A DNA stretch of 64,000 nt, taken from the NCBI GenBank assembly GCA_963575745.1, contig CAUYUJ010000179.1, forward strand, positions 1-64,000, written 5' to 3'. The translations under genes and the position numbers were made by a program. Within the stretch, counting starts at the first letter, position 1, and each line of letters starts with the position of its first letter. The notes beneath the pieces were generated by a model, which worked only from the letters and a program-made list of their open reading frames with translations, made no database searches and was not told where the DNA came from. This stretch comes from Prorocentrum cordatum (taxonomy: Eukaryota). This document shows, one piece after another, positions 1 through 13,779 of this stretch.

Positions 1-413
1 GTAGTAGTAGTAGTAATAGTAGTAGTAGTAGTAGTAGTAGTCGTAGTAGTAGTAGTAGTAGTATGATTATTAGTAGTAGTAGGCGTAGCAGAAGTAGTAG
101 TAGTCGTAGTAGTAGTAGTAGTAGTAGTCGTAGTAGCAGTAGTTGTAGATGTAGCTGTGCTGTTAGTGGTGCTACTGGTACTCGTAGTATTGGTAGTTGT
201 ACCCGTGTAGTAGTAGTACTAGTCGTAGTCGTAGTCGTAGTAGTAGTAGTAGTAGTAGTAGTAGTCGTAGTAGTAGTAGTAGTAGTAGTAGTAGTCGTAG
301 TAATCGTAGTAGTGGCGGTAGTCGTAGTAGTAGTAGTAGTAGTAGTCTTCGTAGTCGTAGTCTTCGTAGTCGTAGTCGTAGCAGTAGGAGTAGTAGTAGT
401 CGTAGTCGTAGTC

Positions 414-454
<41 letters not shown>

Positions 455-659
455 CGTAGTAGTAGTAGTAGTAGTAGTAGTCATAGTCGTAGTCGTAGTC
501 GTAGTCGTCATTGCAGGAGCAGTAGTTGTAGTTCTGGGGAGCGTGCGCGCAGACGTAGTAGTAGTAGTAGTAGTAGTAGCAGTAGTAGTAGTAGTAGTAG
601 TAATCATAGTAGTGGTCGTAGTAGTTGTAGTAGTCATAGTCGTCGTAGTAGTAGTGGTC

Positions 660-697
<38 letters not shown>

Positions 698-783
698 TAG
701 TTGTAGTAGTAGTAGTAGTAGTAGTAGTTGTAGTAGTAGTCGTAGTAGTAGTTTTAGTGCTCGTAGTCGTAGTCGTAGTAGTC

Positions 784-818
<35 letters not shown>

Positions 819-950
819 CGTAGTAGTCGTAGTAGTAGTAGCAGTAGCCGTCGTTGTGGTAGTAGTAGTCGTAGTAGTCCTAGTAGTAGTAGTAGTAGTA
901 GTAGCAGTAGTGGCAGTAGTCGTAGTTGTGGCAGTAGTAGTAGTAGTGGC

Positions 951-994
<44 letters not shown>

Positions 995-1263
995 CAATGG
1001 GCGTGGTTGTAGTATTAGTAGTATTCCTAGTATTAGTAATAGTAGTAGTAGTAGTAGGGTATAGTCGTAGTAATAGGAGTAGTACTAGTAGTCGTAGTAG
1101 TAGTAGTAGTAGTAGTAGGAGTAATAGTAGTCGTAGTAGTAGTAATAACAGTAGTAGCAGTAGTAGTAGTAGTAGTAGCAGTAGTAGTAGTGGTGGTAGT
1201 AGTAGTAGTATTATAGTAGTTGTAGTCGTAGTAGTAGTAGTAGTAGTAGCAGTAGTAGCAGTG

Positions 1264-1307
<44 letters not shown>

Positions 1308-1438
1308 AGTGGAATCGTAGTCGTAGTAGTGTTCGTACTAGTAGTCGTCATCGTAGTAGTGACAGTAGCCAGCAGCTCGCTAGCCCGCTAGCTAGCTAGC
1401 TAGCAGGCTAGCAGTAGTAGTTGGAGTAGTAGTCGTAA

Positions 1439-1472
<34 letters not shown>

Positions 1473-1473
1473 C

Positions 1474-1512
<39 letters not shown>

Positions 1513-1719
1513 TTACGAGTAGGAGTAGTAGTAATAGTTGTAGTAGTCGTAGTAGTAGTAGTAGTAGTAGTAGTAGTCGTAGTATGAGTAGTAGTAGGAG
1601 TAGTAGTAGCATCAGTAATATTTTTTAGTAGTAGTACGATTATTTTTGTTTGTAGTAGTAGCAATCATATCTGCAGCTGTGGTAGTAGTAGTAGTAGCAG
1701 TAGTAGTAGTAGTAGTAGC

Positions 1720-1753
<34 letters not shown>

Positions 1754-1787
1754 CCAGTGGTAGTCGTAGTAGCAGTCTTCGTAGTAG

Positions 1788-1827
<40 letters not shown>

Positions 1828-1903
1828 CGTAGTAGTAGAAGTGGTAGTAGTAGTAGTAGTCGTAGCAGTAGTGGTGGTAGTAGTAGTAGTAGTAGTAGCA
1901 GTC

Positions 1904-1971
<68 letters not shown>

Positions 1972-1978
1972 AGTAGTC

Positions 1979-2033
<55 letters not shown>

Positions 2034-2047
2034 AGGAGTAGTAGTAC

Positions 2048-2134
<87 letters not shown>

Positions 2135-2136
2135 TG

Positions 2137-2175
<39 letters not shown>

Positions 2176-2220
2176 TGTAGTAGTATGTGGTAGTATGTAG
2201 TAGTATGTAGTAGTATGTAA

Positions 2221-2258
<38 letters not shown>

Positions 2259-2279
2259 ATAGTAGTAGTAGTAGTAGTC

Positions 2280-2311
<32 letters not shown>

Positions 2312-2363
2312 CGTAGTCGTAGTTGTAGTCGTAGTCGTAGTCGTAGTCGTAGTCGTCGTAGTT

Positions 2364-2400
<37 letters not shown>

Positions 2401-2495
2401 AAGTCGTAGTGGTAGTAGTAGTAGTAGTAGTAGTAGTAGCAGTAGTAGTAGTAGTCGTAGTCGTAGTGGTCGTAGTAGTAGTCGTAGTAGTAGTA

Positions 2496-2539
<44 letters not shown>

Positions 2540-2700
2540 AGTCGTCGTAATCGTAATTGTAGTCGTCATCGTAGTCGTAGTCGTAGTAGTCGTAGTTGTC
2601 GGGGTCGTTGCAGTTGTAGTATTTGTGGTATTTGTCGTAATAGTGCTTGTGGTCGTCGTAGCAGTAGTCGTATGCCAAGTAGTGGCTGCTGTAGAGGCCG
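1..2700. repeat. (GTA)n/(GTC)n compound microsatellite
   Basis: Direct reading. Confidence 0.98.
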
Positions 2701-2859
2701 TAGCTGTAGACACCGAATGGCAGCAGTTTCCGTGACAGCAGTATTCCGAGTTTGATGTGTAGTAGACAGCAGTTGCAAGTGTTTTTGTAGCTGCACCCTG
2801 TCGGGGAGGGCGACTTAGGGGCCCATGCGTTGCGCAGCCGTGGTGGCCGGCGCGTCGAG

Positions 2860-2909
2860 GCGCCCAAGCTTGCGGGCGTGCGAGCCCTGCGCAGCGAGGA
2901 CATCCCCAG
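2860..2909 (+). CDS. NMT: N-myristoyltransferase internal exon a (upstream exons lie outside the window)
   Basis: AG|G acceptor at 2858-59. Encodes APKLAGVRALRSEDIP(R), matching the NMT segment P-K-x-x-G-(L/V)-R-x-x-x-x-x-D-(I/V)-P. AG|GA donor; phase fits the next exon. Confidence 0.8.
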
Positions 2910-3659
2910 GAGCGGCGGAACCCCTTAATGCTTGGCCTTTGGGAAAGGGACAGGCAGGGGCGCAGGGATGGAGAGATGCGGGGGGGAGGGAGGGAGGCAG
3001 TGAGGGGCGGGGAGGGACGGAGGGAGGACAGAGACAGAGGGATGGACGGAGGGATGCAGCAGGAAGGGGGGGATAGGTGACGGGGAGGGGGGGAGGGAGG
3101 GAAGGAAGAAAGGGGTGTGGATGGCAGAGAGAGGGATCAAGATTTCTTTTCCCCTTTCGTCTCTGCAATTCACTTCTTCCCATCCGCCTTCCTTTCCCCT
3201 TCTCCGCTTTCCTCCTTCTCCCTCTTGTTGTCGCGCTCCTCCTCTTGTGAATGTCCAGAGTCCTATCATGAGCGTTGGGAGGTGTGGTGGGGCGGGAGGG
3301 GGGGATGATCGCGCGGGGGGCCTAGACGCTGGTGCAACAGTGTTTTTGCAGGTAGGGTCTGCTTGGTAGACAGTTTGGAGGTGTTCTCTGACACTTCACC
3401 ATTTATCTTGCATCGCGAAGGCGTCGCGTAAGTTTAGGTATGCATTGTTTTGGGCTCCCTCTTCGGCGACTGCCCTATCATCTGCTGTTGGGTTCAGAAC
3501 GGGCTGCCCTGCACTCGCGCAAGGTGGCCAGGTATTCACACTTTTCCCCCAAACCATCATGTGGTGTTGGGTCCTCGTTTTGAAGAGACGGTCCCTGCGT
3601 TCCCCCTCCTTCCTCCTCCCTCCCCCTCCTTCCTCTTCCCTGTGTTTCACTCAGCCAGT

Positions 3660-4895
3660 ACAGCGTTTCGTGGCCTCATAGGGAGCTCCACCGAAGGTCC
3701 GAGTGCTACCGCCCGCATGCGCCCCCACCCCCCATTCATTTCGACACACCCCTCACACGCTTCGTGGCCCCATAGGGAGCTCCACCGAAGGCCTCAGTGC
3801 CACCGCCCGCATGCGTCCCCCACACCCATGTCGGCACACTCGTCACACGTTTCGTGGCCCCATAGGGAGCTCCACCGAAGGCCCCAATGCGTCCCCAACA
3901 CCCATGTCGGCACACCCCTCACACGTTTCGTGGCCCCATAGGGAGCTCCACCAAAGGCCCTAGTGCCACCGCCCGCATGCGTCACCCACACCAATTTCGG
4001 CACACCCCTCACACGTTTCGTGGCCCTATCGGGGGCTCCACAGAAGGCCCGAGTGCCACCGCCCGCATGCGTCCCCCACACCCATGTCGGCACACCCCTC
4101 ACACGTTTCGTGGCCCCACAGGGAGCTCCACCGAAGGCCCCAGTGCCACCGCCCGCATGCGTCTTCCACACACATTTCGGCACACCCCTTACACGTTTCG
4201 TGGCCCCATAGGGAGCTCCACCGAAGGCCCCAGTGCCACCGCCGCATACGTCACCCACACCTATGTCGGCACACCGCTCACACTTTTCGTGGCCCCATAG
4301 GGAGCTCCACCGAAGGCCCCAGAGCCACCGCCGGCATGCGCCCCCCACACTCATTTCGACACACCCCTCACACGTTTCGTGGCCCCACAGGGAGCTCCAC
4401 CGAAGGCCCCAGAGCCACCGCCCGCATGCGTCCCCCACACCCATGCCGGCACACCCCTCACACGTTTCGTGGCCCCACAGGGTGCTCCACCGAAGGCCCC
4501 AGTGCCACCGGCCGCATGCGTCACCCACACCGAATTCGACATACCCCCCACACGCTTCGTGGCCCTATGGGGCCCACGGTGCCGCCGCCCGCATGTGTCA
4601 CCCACGCACATTCCTTCACACCCTTCACGCGTTTCGTGGCCCCGTGGGGAGCTCCACCGAAGGCGCCAGTGGCTGCGTTCGCATGCGCCCACCGCGCCCA
4701 TGTCGGCACACCCATGATACGTTTCACGGCCCCAAAAGGGGCTCCACCGACGGCCCCACCACACCTCTTTCGACACACCTCTCACGCGTTTCGTGGCCCC
4801 ATAGAGAGTTCCACCGACGGCCCAAGTGGCCGACTGGACAAATTTTGGCACACACCTCACACGTTTCGTGGCCCTGTAGGGAGCTCCTCCGAATG
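3660..4895. repeat. Minisatellite, unit about 90 bp, about 14 copies
   Basis: ACGTTTCGTGGCCCCATAGGGAGCTCCACCGAAGGCCC recurs at about 90-bp spacing. Confidence 0.95.
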
Positions 4896-5074
4896 CGGCG
4901 CATACAACGACGGTGCTCGCAATTGCATATCGTTGGGTCCTCCGCCATTTTTTTGTTCTCTTTCTCTCTCTCTCTCTATCTGTCTTTGTTTTGTTTGTTT
5001 TCTCTCGCTCTGTCTTTCTGTTTCTCCTTTTTGTAGGGATATACATCCCCATCTGTATCCATGTACATCTTCAT

Positions 5075-5253
5075 TTATGTATGTATGTCTATGTTTTCGC
5101 ATGCATGCATGCATGCATGCATGTATGTATGTATGCATGCGTGCATGCATGTGTGTGTATATATGTATGTATGTGTGTATGTATGTATGTATGTATGTAT
5201 GTATGTAGGTAGGTAGGTAGGTAGGTAGGTAGGTAGGTAGGTAGGTAGGTATG

Positions 5254-5285
<32 letters not shown>

Positions 5286-5639
5286 CATGTATATATGTAT
5301 GTATGTATGCATGTCTGCACACATTCATAGATGCATGCATGCATGCACCGCATGTATGTCTGTTCGCACATATATATACATATATACATGGATGTACATA
5401 TACATATGTACGCATGCATGTGTGTATGTATGTATGCATGCATGCACGCATGTAATGTAATGTAGTGTAATGTAGTGTGATGTAGTGTAATGTAGTGTAT
5501 TGTAATGTAGTGTAATGTAATATAATGTAATGTAATGTAATGTAATGTAATGTAATGTAATGTAATGTAATGTAATGTAATGTAATGTAATGTAATGTAT
5601 GTAAGTAGGTATGTCTGTCTGTCTGTCTGCCTGCCTGCC

Positions 5640-5672
<33 letters not shown>

Positions 5673-8102
5673 GCATGCATGCATGCATGCATGCATGCAT
5701 GCATGCATGCATGCATGTATGTATGTATGTATGTATGTATGTATGTATGAAAGAGCGTGTTCTACCGCTGCTGGTGGAAAACCGAGGGGGGGTCACTGGG
5801 GGTTCCTAACCCGTCTACTGGTTCGAGACCCCCCCCCGTCCATCACGAAAGGGGGGGGAGTCACTACCGGTTCGAACCCCCCCCCCTCCAAAACCAGGGG
5901 GTGTCACCACCGGTTCGAACCTCCCCCCCCCCCCCGAAAACCGGGGGGATCACTACCGGTTCGAACCCCCTCCCCCCCGTCGCCGCCGGCAAACGATGCC
6001 CGCTCCTCGGGACAGTTGGAGAATAGTGGGACAGTGGTGGGGACAGTGGTGGGAACGGTGGTGGTGGGCACAGTGGTGCGGGGACAGTGTGACAGTGTTG
6101 CGGACAGTGGTGGGGACGGTGGTGGTGGGGACAGTGGTGAGGGGACAGCGGGACAGCGGTGGGGACAGTGGGACAGTGGTGGGGACGGTAGTGGTGGGGA
6201 CAGTGGTGAAGGCGGTGGTGAGGACAGTGGTAGGAGAGTAGTACAGTGGGGAGAGTGGTGGGGACAGTGGGGACAGTGGGACAATGATGGGGACAGTGGG
6301 GACGGTGGGACAGCACAGTGGGACAGTGGCGGGGACAGTGGGACGGAGGTGGGAACAGTGGGGACAGTGGGACAGAGGTGGGGACCGTGGGGAAAGTGGG
6401 GAGAGTGGGACCGTGGTGGGACAATGGTGGGGAGAGTGGGGACAGTGAGACACTGGGGCACTGGTGGGGACAGCGGGGACGATGGTGGGAACAGTGGGGA
6501 TAGTGGCACAGTGGTGGGGACTGGTGGTGGGGACAGTAGTGTGGGGACAGTCGGAATGTGGTGGAAACGGTGGGACAGTGGAGGGTACAGTAGTGGTGTC
6601 GACAGTGGTGGGGGCGGTGGCGAGGACGGCGGTGGGATAATGGGACAGAGGTACAGTAGGGACAGTGGTGGGGACAGTGGGGACAGTGGTGGGAACAGTG
6701 GGATCGCTCAGTGGGACAGCGGCGGGGACAGTGGGACAGTGGGACAGTGGGGACAGTGGGACAGTGGTTGGGGCCGTGGAGAAAGTGGGGAGAGTGGAAC
6801 CGTGGTGGGAACAGTGGTGGGGACAGTGGGGACAGTGCGACAGTGGTGGGGGCACTGGTGAGGACAGTGGTGACGGTGGTGGGAACAGTGGGGACAGTGG
6901 TGGTGAGGACAGTGGTGCTGGGGAGAGCAGTGCGGGATGTGGTGCGGACGGTGGTAGGGACCCGGAGTTGTGTGCTGGCGGTGAGCGTGGGGCGGAGGGG
7001 GGGAGGGGTTCGAACTGGTAGTGACCCCCCCGGTTTTCGAGGGGGGGGTTCGAACCGGTCCGGTAGTGACACCCCCCGGTTTTTGAGAGGGGGGGGGGTT
7101 CGAACCGGTAGTGACCCCCCCCCCCTTTTAATGATGGATTGGGGGGGGGGTTCGAACCGGTAGTGACCCCCCCGGTTTTCTGGAGGGGGGTGGGGGGGTT
7201 CGAACCGGTAGTGACCCCCCTCTGGTTTTCTGGGGGGGGGGGGGGGAGGGGTTCGAACTGGTAGTGACCCCCCCCCCGTTTTTCAAGAGGGGGGGGGGGG
7301 TCCCCCCGGTTTTCCGGAGGGGGGGGGGGTAAGGGGAGGGTGGGGGGGTTTGCCGGGGGAAAGGGGGGGGGGTCCAGCAGGGGATGGATCACGCTCTCTC
7401 GTATGTATGTATGTATGTATGTATGTATGTATGTTTGTATGTATGCATGCATGCATGCATGCATGCATGCATGTATGTATGTATGTATGTATGCATGTTT
7501 GTTTGCATGTATGTATGTATGCATGCATGCACGCATGTATGTATGTATGTATGTATGTCTGAATGTCTGTGTATGCATGTATGTATATGTATGTATGTAT
7601 GTGTGTATGTAGGTAGGTAGGTAGGTATGTATGCATACATGCATGTATGTGTGTAAGTACGTACGTACGTACGTACGTAGGCATGCATGCATGTATGCAT
7701 GCATGTATGTATGCATGTATATATGTATGTGTGTATGTATGTATGCAGGTGTGTGTATAGTTGTATGTATACTTGTATGCATGTATGTTTGTATAGTTGT
7801 ATGTATGTGTGTATGCATGCATGTATATATATATATATATATATGTATGCATGCATGCATGCATGTATGCATGCATGCATGCATGTATGTATGTATGTAT
7901 GTATGTATGTATATGTACATATATATATATATCAATATATGTATGTAGGGAGGCAGACCGGCAGACAGGCAGGCATGTCTGCCTGTCTGTTTGTCTGTCA
8001 GTATGTCTGTATGTCTGTATGTCTGTATGTCTGTATGTCTGTATGTCTGTATGTCTGTATGTCTGTACGTCTGTATGTATGTATGTATGCATGCATGCAT
8101 GC

Positions 8103-8133
<31 letters not shown>

Positions 8134-8294
8134 TGTATGTATGTATGTGTGTGTATGTATGTATGCATGTATGTATGTATGTATGTATGTATGTATGTAT
8201 GTATGCATGCATGCATGCATGTATGTATGTATGTATGTATGTATCAATATATGTATGTAGGGAGGCGGCAGGCAGGCATGCAGGCATGTCTGCC

Positions 8295-8345
<51 letters not shown>

Positions 8346-8563
8346 ATGCATGCATGCATGCATGCATGCATGTATATATTAATATATGTATGTAGGGAGG
8401 CAGGGAGGCAGACAAGAAGGCATGTCTGCCTGCCTGTCTGTCTGACTGTCTGTCTGTCCGTATGTATGTATGTATGTATGTATGCATGTATGTATGTATG
8501 TATGTATGTATGTATGTATGTATGTATGCATGCATGTATGTATGTATGTATGTGTGTATGTAT
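5075..8563. repeat. (TATG)n/(CATG)n/(TCTG)n/(TGTAA)n compound microsatellite, interrupted by the 5748-7401 element
   Basis: Direct reading. Confidence 0.95.
5748..7401. mobile_element. Non-autonomous DNA transposon (MITE/foldback-like) with TIRs, flanked by TA
   Basis: Left end TGAAAGAGCGTGTTCTACCGCTGCTGG versus reverse complement of right end CGAGAGAGCGTGATCCATCCCCTGCTGG. Subterminal arrays of TCACTACCGGTTCGAACC (left) and their inverse (right). Central (GGGACAGTG)-type minisatellite. TA on both sides. Confidence 0.8.
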
Positions 8564-8599
8564 GCCGGAGTACTGGGGCCCGGGCCCCAGGTCGGCACG

Positions 8600-10020
8600 C
8601 CCTCCTAGATTCCCCCCCGCCTCCCCCTTTGGCCCCGCCCCCTCTGGAGCCTCCTGGGCCTCCCTCCGGTCACCCTGGCCGCTTAGAACGCCCTCCAGGG
8701 GACACGAATAAGCGACGAGAGCGGCTCAATAGGGCCCAAGACGCCCCGACGTGGCTCAAGATGGTCAAAGAGCTTCGAAGAGGCCTCCAAGACGCCCCAG
8801 GAAGGCTCCAAGATGCTCCCCGAGAGGGCCCAGGATGGCGACATTTGTTCCATATATATATATATATATATATATATATCTATAGCGGGGTACGAGGCCG
8901 GGGGCCTCTGACCAGCTGCCTCGACTCGCCATGGGGGGAACCCCCCCGGGCGTCTCCAGAGCCGCTTCGGGGCGTCTCCCGAGCGGCTCTGGACGGACCC
9001 TGGCGCTGTTTCAGCACCAAGAATGATTCCCATCTTCGACCCATGTCGCCGAAGCACGTGGTAGAGGTTTCGGGAGGCCTCCAACATGGCTCCAGACGCT
9101 TCCAGGAGCACTCCCAAGAGAGCCCCAGGAGGCCAAAATTGATGGTTTTCCGATGGTTTTGGAAGGATTTAGGCCTTCTGTTTTTTTCGGTTGTACGACG
9201 CTCCAAGACGGCCCAGGAGGTCTCCAGGTCCGCCCCCAAGCAGCCCCAGAGGTCCCCAAGACAAGCCCAAGGCGGCCCCGGAGCCCAAGGCTGGCCCAAG
9301 AAGCGCCCACGACAGCCCAAGAAGGCTCCAAAACAAGCCCAAGAAGGGCCCAAGAGAGGGACCGCGTACCGAACACCCAGGGCTCCCGCCTCAACAGTGA
9401 CCCTGGAGGCCCAGGCAGCCCCCAAGAGTCCTCCAACGTGGCTCCAAACGCTTCCAAGAGCACTCCCACGAGGGCCACAGCAGGCCAAACATTGATGGTT
9501 TTACAATAGTTTTGGAAGGGTTTGGGCCTTCTGATCTTTGCGGCTATCCGACGCTCCTAGGCTGCCCTGGAGGCCTCCGAGACCGGCCCCAAACAGCTCC
9601 AGAAGCGCCCAACGCCGCCCCGAGGCGGTCCCGGAGAGCCCCAAGCTGGCCCACGAAGCGCCCAGGGCAGCCCACGAGTGCCTCAAAACAGGCCCGAGAG
9701 GTGTCCAAGAGACGGACCGCGTCCGGAAAACCCAGGGCTTCCGTCCCAAGAGAGCCCCAGGAGGCCCCAGGTAGCTCCCAAGAGGGTTCAAACATGGCTC
9801 AAGACGCCTTCAGGAGCACCCCCAAGAGGGTCCCAACAGGCCAACATCGTTCATTTTACGTAGGAATTGGAGGATCTTGGCCTTCTTGTCTTTTCGGCTT
9901 TCCGACGCTCCAATAGGGCCCAGCGCGCCTCCAGGTCCGCTCCCAAACAGCCCTAGGCGGGCCCAGGGAGCCCCAAGAAACCCGCAAGACTGGCCCTACG
10001 CAACCCAAGAGTTCCTCGGC
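8600..10020. repeat. CCAAGA-rich degenerate dispersed repeat (related copies at about 11965-12350 and 22200-22620)
   Basis: Recurrent CTCCAAGA, GGCCCAAGA and GGCCCCAGGA motifs. Confidence 0.7.
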
Positions 10021-10232
10021 AGGATAGTCCGGGAGGGGGAAAGACCAGGGGAGCCTCTGGCGCCCCATGCTCCGGGAACGCTCCTCTGGAACATGGCGCT
10101 TCCGGAACACGTGGCTTGCAGTGTACGCCGCCGTCTTCGTGGTAACAATCGTCGCGGGCATCGCACCTGAACGGTGACCTCAACTAGAACCTGAGCGCGC
10201 GCGCGAAGCGCGCGCGATGGTTCTAGTATGTG

Positions 10233-10264
<32 letters not shown>

Positions 10265-10396
10265 TGTATGCATGCATGCATGCATGTATGTATGTATGTA
10301 TGTATGTATGTATGTATGTATGTATGTATGTTTGTATGTTTGTATGTTTGTATGTTTGTATGTATGTATGTATGTATGTATGTATGTATATATATA

Positions 10397-11431
10397 CATA
10401 CCTATACGACCACCCTTCGGGTGATAAGGAGGTTCGGGGGGTGGGGAGCCAACGTCTCACTCGATCGGTCTCACTATCGATCTCAGTATCGATCTCACTA
10501 TCGGTCTCGCTCGATCGATCTCACTCGATCGATCTCACAATCGATCTCACTCGATCTATCTTATTCGATCGATCTCACAATTGATCTCACAATCGATCTC
10601 ACAATCGATCACACAATCGATGTCACATTCGGTCTCAATATCGATCTCACTGTCGATATCACAATCACTCTCACAATCAACGTCATCATCATCATCAGCA
10701 TCATCAACATCAACATCATCACCAACATCGTCATCATCATGAGGGCTCTATCATCATCATCATCATCATCATCATCATAAACATCATCATCAACGTCAGC
10801 ATCATCATCGGGGCAACATCATCATCATCACCATCATCATCTCATCATCATCATCGGGACGCAGTCATCGTCATCATCATCAGCAACATCATCATAATCA
10901 TCATCATAATCGGGACACCATCATGATCACCATCGTTCTAATCATCAACATTATCATCAACATCGTCATCATCCTCGGGACACCATCATCATCATGATCA
11001 TCGCATCATCATCATCGACATCATCGTCATCAACAACATCATCATCATCATCATTGGGGCACCATCATCATGAGCAACATCATCATCAACATCGTCATTA
11101 TCATTTGTAGCATCATCGGGACACCATCACCATCACCATCATAATCATCATCATCATCACCATCATCATCATCAGCATCATCATCGGGACACCATAATCA
11201 TCATCAACAGCGTCATCATCAACATCATTATCGCCGGGACACCACTTCCATCAACATCATCATCACCAACATCATCGGAATCATCATCATCATTATCGTC
11301 ATCATCATCGGGACACCATCATCGTCATCATCAACATAATCATCATGAACATCATCATCCTCATCATCGGTACACTATCATCATCATCATCGACACCATC
11401 ATCAACATCATCATCATCTTCATCGGGAGAC

Positions 11432-11523
<92 letters not shown>

Positions 11524-11892
11524 CATCATCATCATCATCATCTCGCGGGGCGGGACACCGGCGGGACACCGCGCTCCGCGGGACACCGCGGCGCGGGACA
11601 CCGCGGGACACCGGCGGGACACCGCGGGGCCCTGGCCGCCCGGAAGGGAATCATTTGGTCGGCCGCGCCTCAGCCACACGGGACACCAGCGGGACACCGG
11701 CGGGACACCGCGGGCCCCGGCCGCCCGGAAGGGAGAGTCATTTGGTCCGGCCGCGCCTCAGCCACAGGAGACTTTCTCTCGCCCGCCCACGCAGCTTCGC
11801 CTCGCCCGCACGGCACGCACGAACACGAAACCGAAATCGATTTCCCGGTAGGGGGGCTCTCCGTTCCACTTCGATCTCCCCCCTCACCTCCG

Positions 11893-11893
<1 letters not shown>
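10397..11893. repeat. Composite dispersed repeat, copy 1
   Basis: Begins CATACCTATACGACCACCC..CGGGTGATAAGGAGGTT, contains TCGATCTCAC, (ATC)n and GGGACACC repeats, and ends GGCTCTCCGTTCCACTTCGATCTC. The same ends occur at 24582-25460. Confidence 0.7.
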
Positions 11894-11952
<59 letters not shown>

Positions 11953-12801
11953 ATATATATATAGCATCTTCGCTTTTTAGGTCATCACAGCGCCCAGGTC
12001 GGCCCAGGAGGCCCCGAAGATCGCCCCAAGACGGCCTAACTGGCCCCCAAGAGAGCTTCAAGACGGCCCAAGAGAGCCCCACAACGTTCGAAGAGGCGCC
12101 CAAGACGGCCCAAGATGGTCTCAAGAGGGGAAACTCCAGCTCATATGTCGAGCCCTCCGCCCCAAGCGGACCTCCCAGACCGCGAGCAGGCCCCCAAGTG
12201 GCACCCTAAAGGCCCGAAAGAGGCCCCAGGAGGCCCCTACGCAGTCCCCAAGGGGCCACAAGAGGCTTCAAGACTGGCTCCAAGGGGCGCCCGAGAAACA
12301 TGCCAGGAGACCCCAACAGGTATGCAAGAAGCCTCTGGCCCACAACCCAGGCACGGTGGCAGTACGAGCCGCGAGCGGACAGCACGCCACCCTGCAGTCC
12401 AGTCGGGTTTGCTTCGCCTTGGCGGGCGCTCAGCGTCGCGCTAGCCTGGGGGGACGAGGACCGAGGAACTTGGTTAGCGGGGCATTTTCATGGCCCGTCG
12501 CCCAGCAATGGGGTGGGCCATTCGTAGCCCATCCCGTCGCCCACGACATTTCGCCTCCTGCCAGGGTGTCCCGATGCGTCCCCCCGCCGCGAGACGCGGT
12601 CAAGGGGGTCCTGGGGGGCGTTCAAGGTTGAAGCCGCAGTGTCCCGAGGTGCCCCCCCGGCTGCGAGACGTGGTCAAGGGGGGTTTGCCCAGGAGGCGTT
12701 CCAGAGGAGCGCAGAGCGAGGAGCGAGGAGGTTGGTTGGTTCTCCTGGTTTCCGCTCGAATCCCCACCCACTCTCTGTCTCTGTCTCTGTCTCTGTCTCT
12801 G

Positions 12802-12836
<35 letters not shown>

Positions 12837-12978
12837 TGTCTCCTCGGGTATCCCCCCGTTGTGTCCTGAGGCGCCCCCTCGGCCGCGAGACGCGGTCAAG
12901 GGGAGGCAGGGATGAGGGATAAAGGTGCAAGGGGTGTGGGAGATGGAGGAGAGATCGGATAGCACTTCCCCATCGGAG

Positions 12979-13045
12979 GGTGACGGAGCTGCTTTCTGGC
13001 TATCTGAAGAAGTTCCCTCTGCATCCTGAGCTGAACCTGGACGAG
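12979..13045 (+). CDS. NMT: N-myristoyltransferase exon b
   Basis: AG|G acceptor. Encodes (R)VTELLSGYLKKFPLHPELNLDE, matching NMT V-x-x-LL-x-x-YL-x-x-F-x-L-x-P. AG|GT donor at 13046. Confidence 0.88.
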
Positions 13046-13779
13046 GTCGCCGAAGCTTTTTCTATGCCTTCCCCCTTCTGTTCTGTTGTCGTCGTCGTCT
13101 GTCTCTTCCCTGCCCTCGTCGTTGTCCTCCCCCCTATCGCCTGAACCTCAGCTTCCCCTCGTACCCTTCTCCTCCTGCAGCTCCCCTTCCCCACACCTAC
13201 CCTCTGTCTCCGCGATCTTCCTTTTATACCCTCCCCTCCGCCCCGCCTCCACACTCCTCCTGCCACCTCCTTTCTTCCCCTTCTCGCCTTCCCCCTCCTG
13301 CTCCTCCTTTGCGCCCCTCGTGCAGATGAGGCGCCTTCCCCCAGTGCGCCTCATCCTGATGCTGACCGGGCTCAGCGTTCTATTGCTGGACCCCCGGAGT
13401 GCCGACCCATGGGCTGGCGGCGCAAATCTGTGGGCGGCCGTGTCGCTTGCACGTGCTGGCGATCCACGTGAGCCTGAGTGCGGGGCGCGCGTGAGGGCGC
13501 GCCGGTTCGGCGCGCTTGCATGCCCCGCGTGCGCCGCTGCGGACCGCCAGCGCGAGCCGAGCGCTGCGTCCTGTGTGTCGCACTTCTTCTCGGGAAGGCA
13601 GGCCAGTTCAGCATCCAGCATCCACATCCTCCTGCTCCCCTGCAGCCTTCCTTCCTCCTCTTCCTATATCCCTTCTCCTTGTAAACAACTTCTCCCTGTC
13701 GCCCCAGACGTGGCGGTAGGGCGGGCCAGGTGTTTCGCCAGAGGCTCTCTCACAACCTATGATCTTGAAGCTTGACATG

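Noticed and set aside
63..2903. Long poly-V/S/T/Y ORFs, and the poly-D/M/I/H and CMYV-type ORFs elsewhere
   Set aside because: They are translations of microsatellites with no protein-like complexity.
3660..4895. Repeat-spacer appearance of the 90-bp, 89-bp and 72-bp arrays
   Set aside because: Whole units are homologous, so these are ordinary minisatellites rather than CRISPR arrays.
5820..7270. GGTTCGAACC as a tRNA T-loop or B-box
   Set aside because: There is no cloverleaf or A-box; it is a palindrome within the element's subterminal repeats.
13327..13600. GC-rich ORF-like stretch MRRLPPVRLILML
   Set aside because: It lies within an NMT intron, has no recognisable homology and has no place in the protein.
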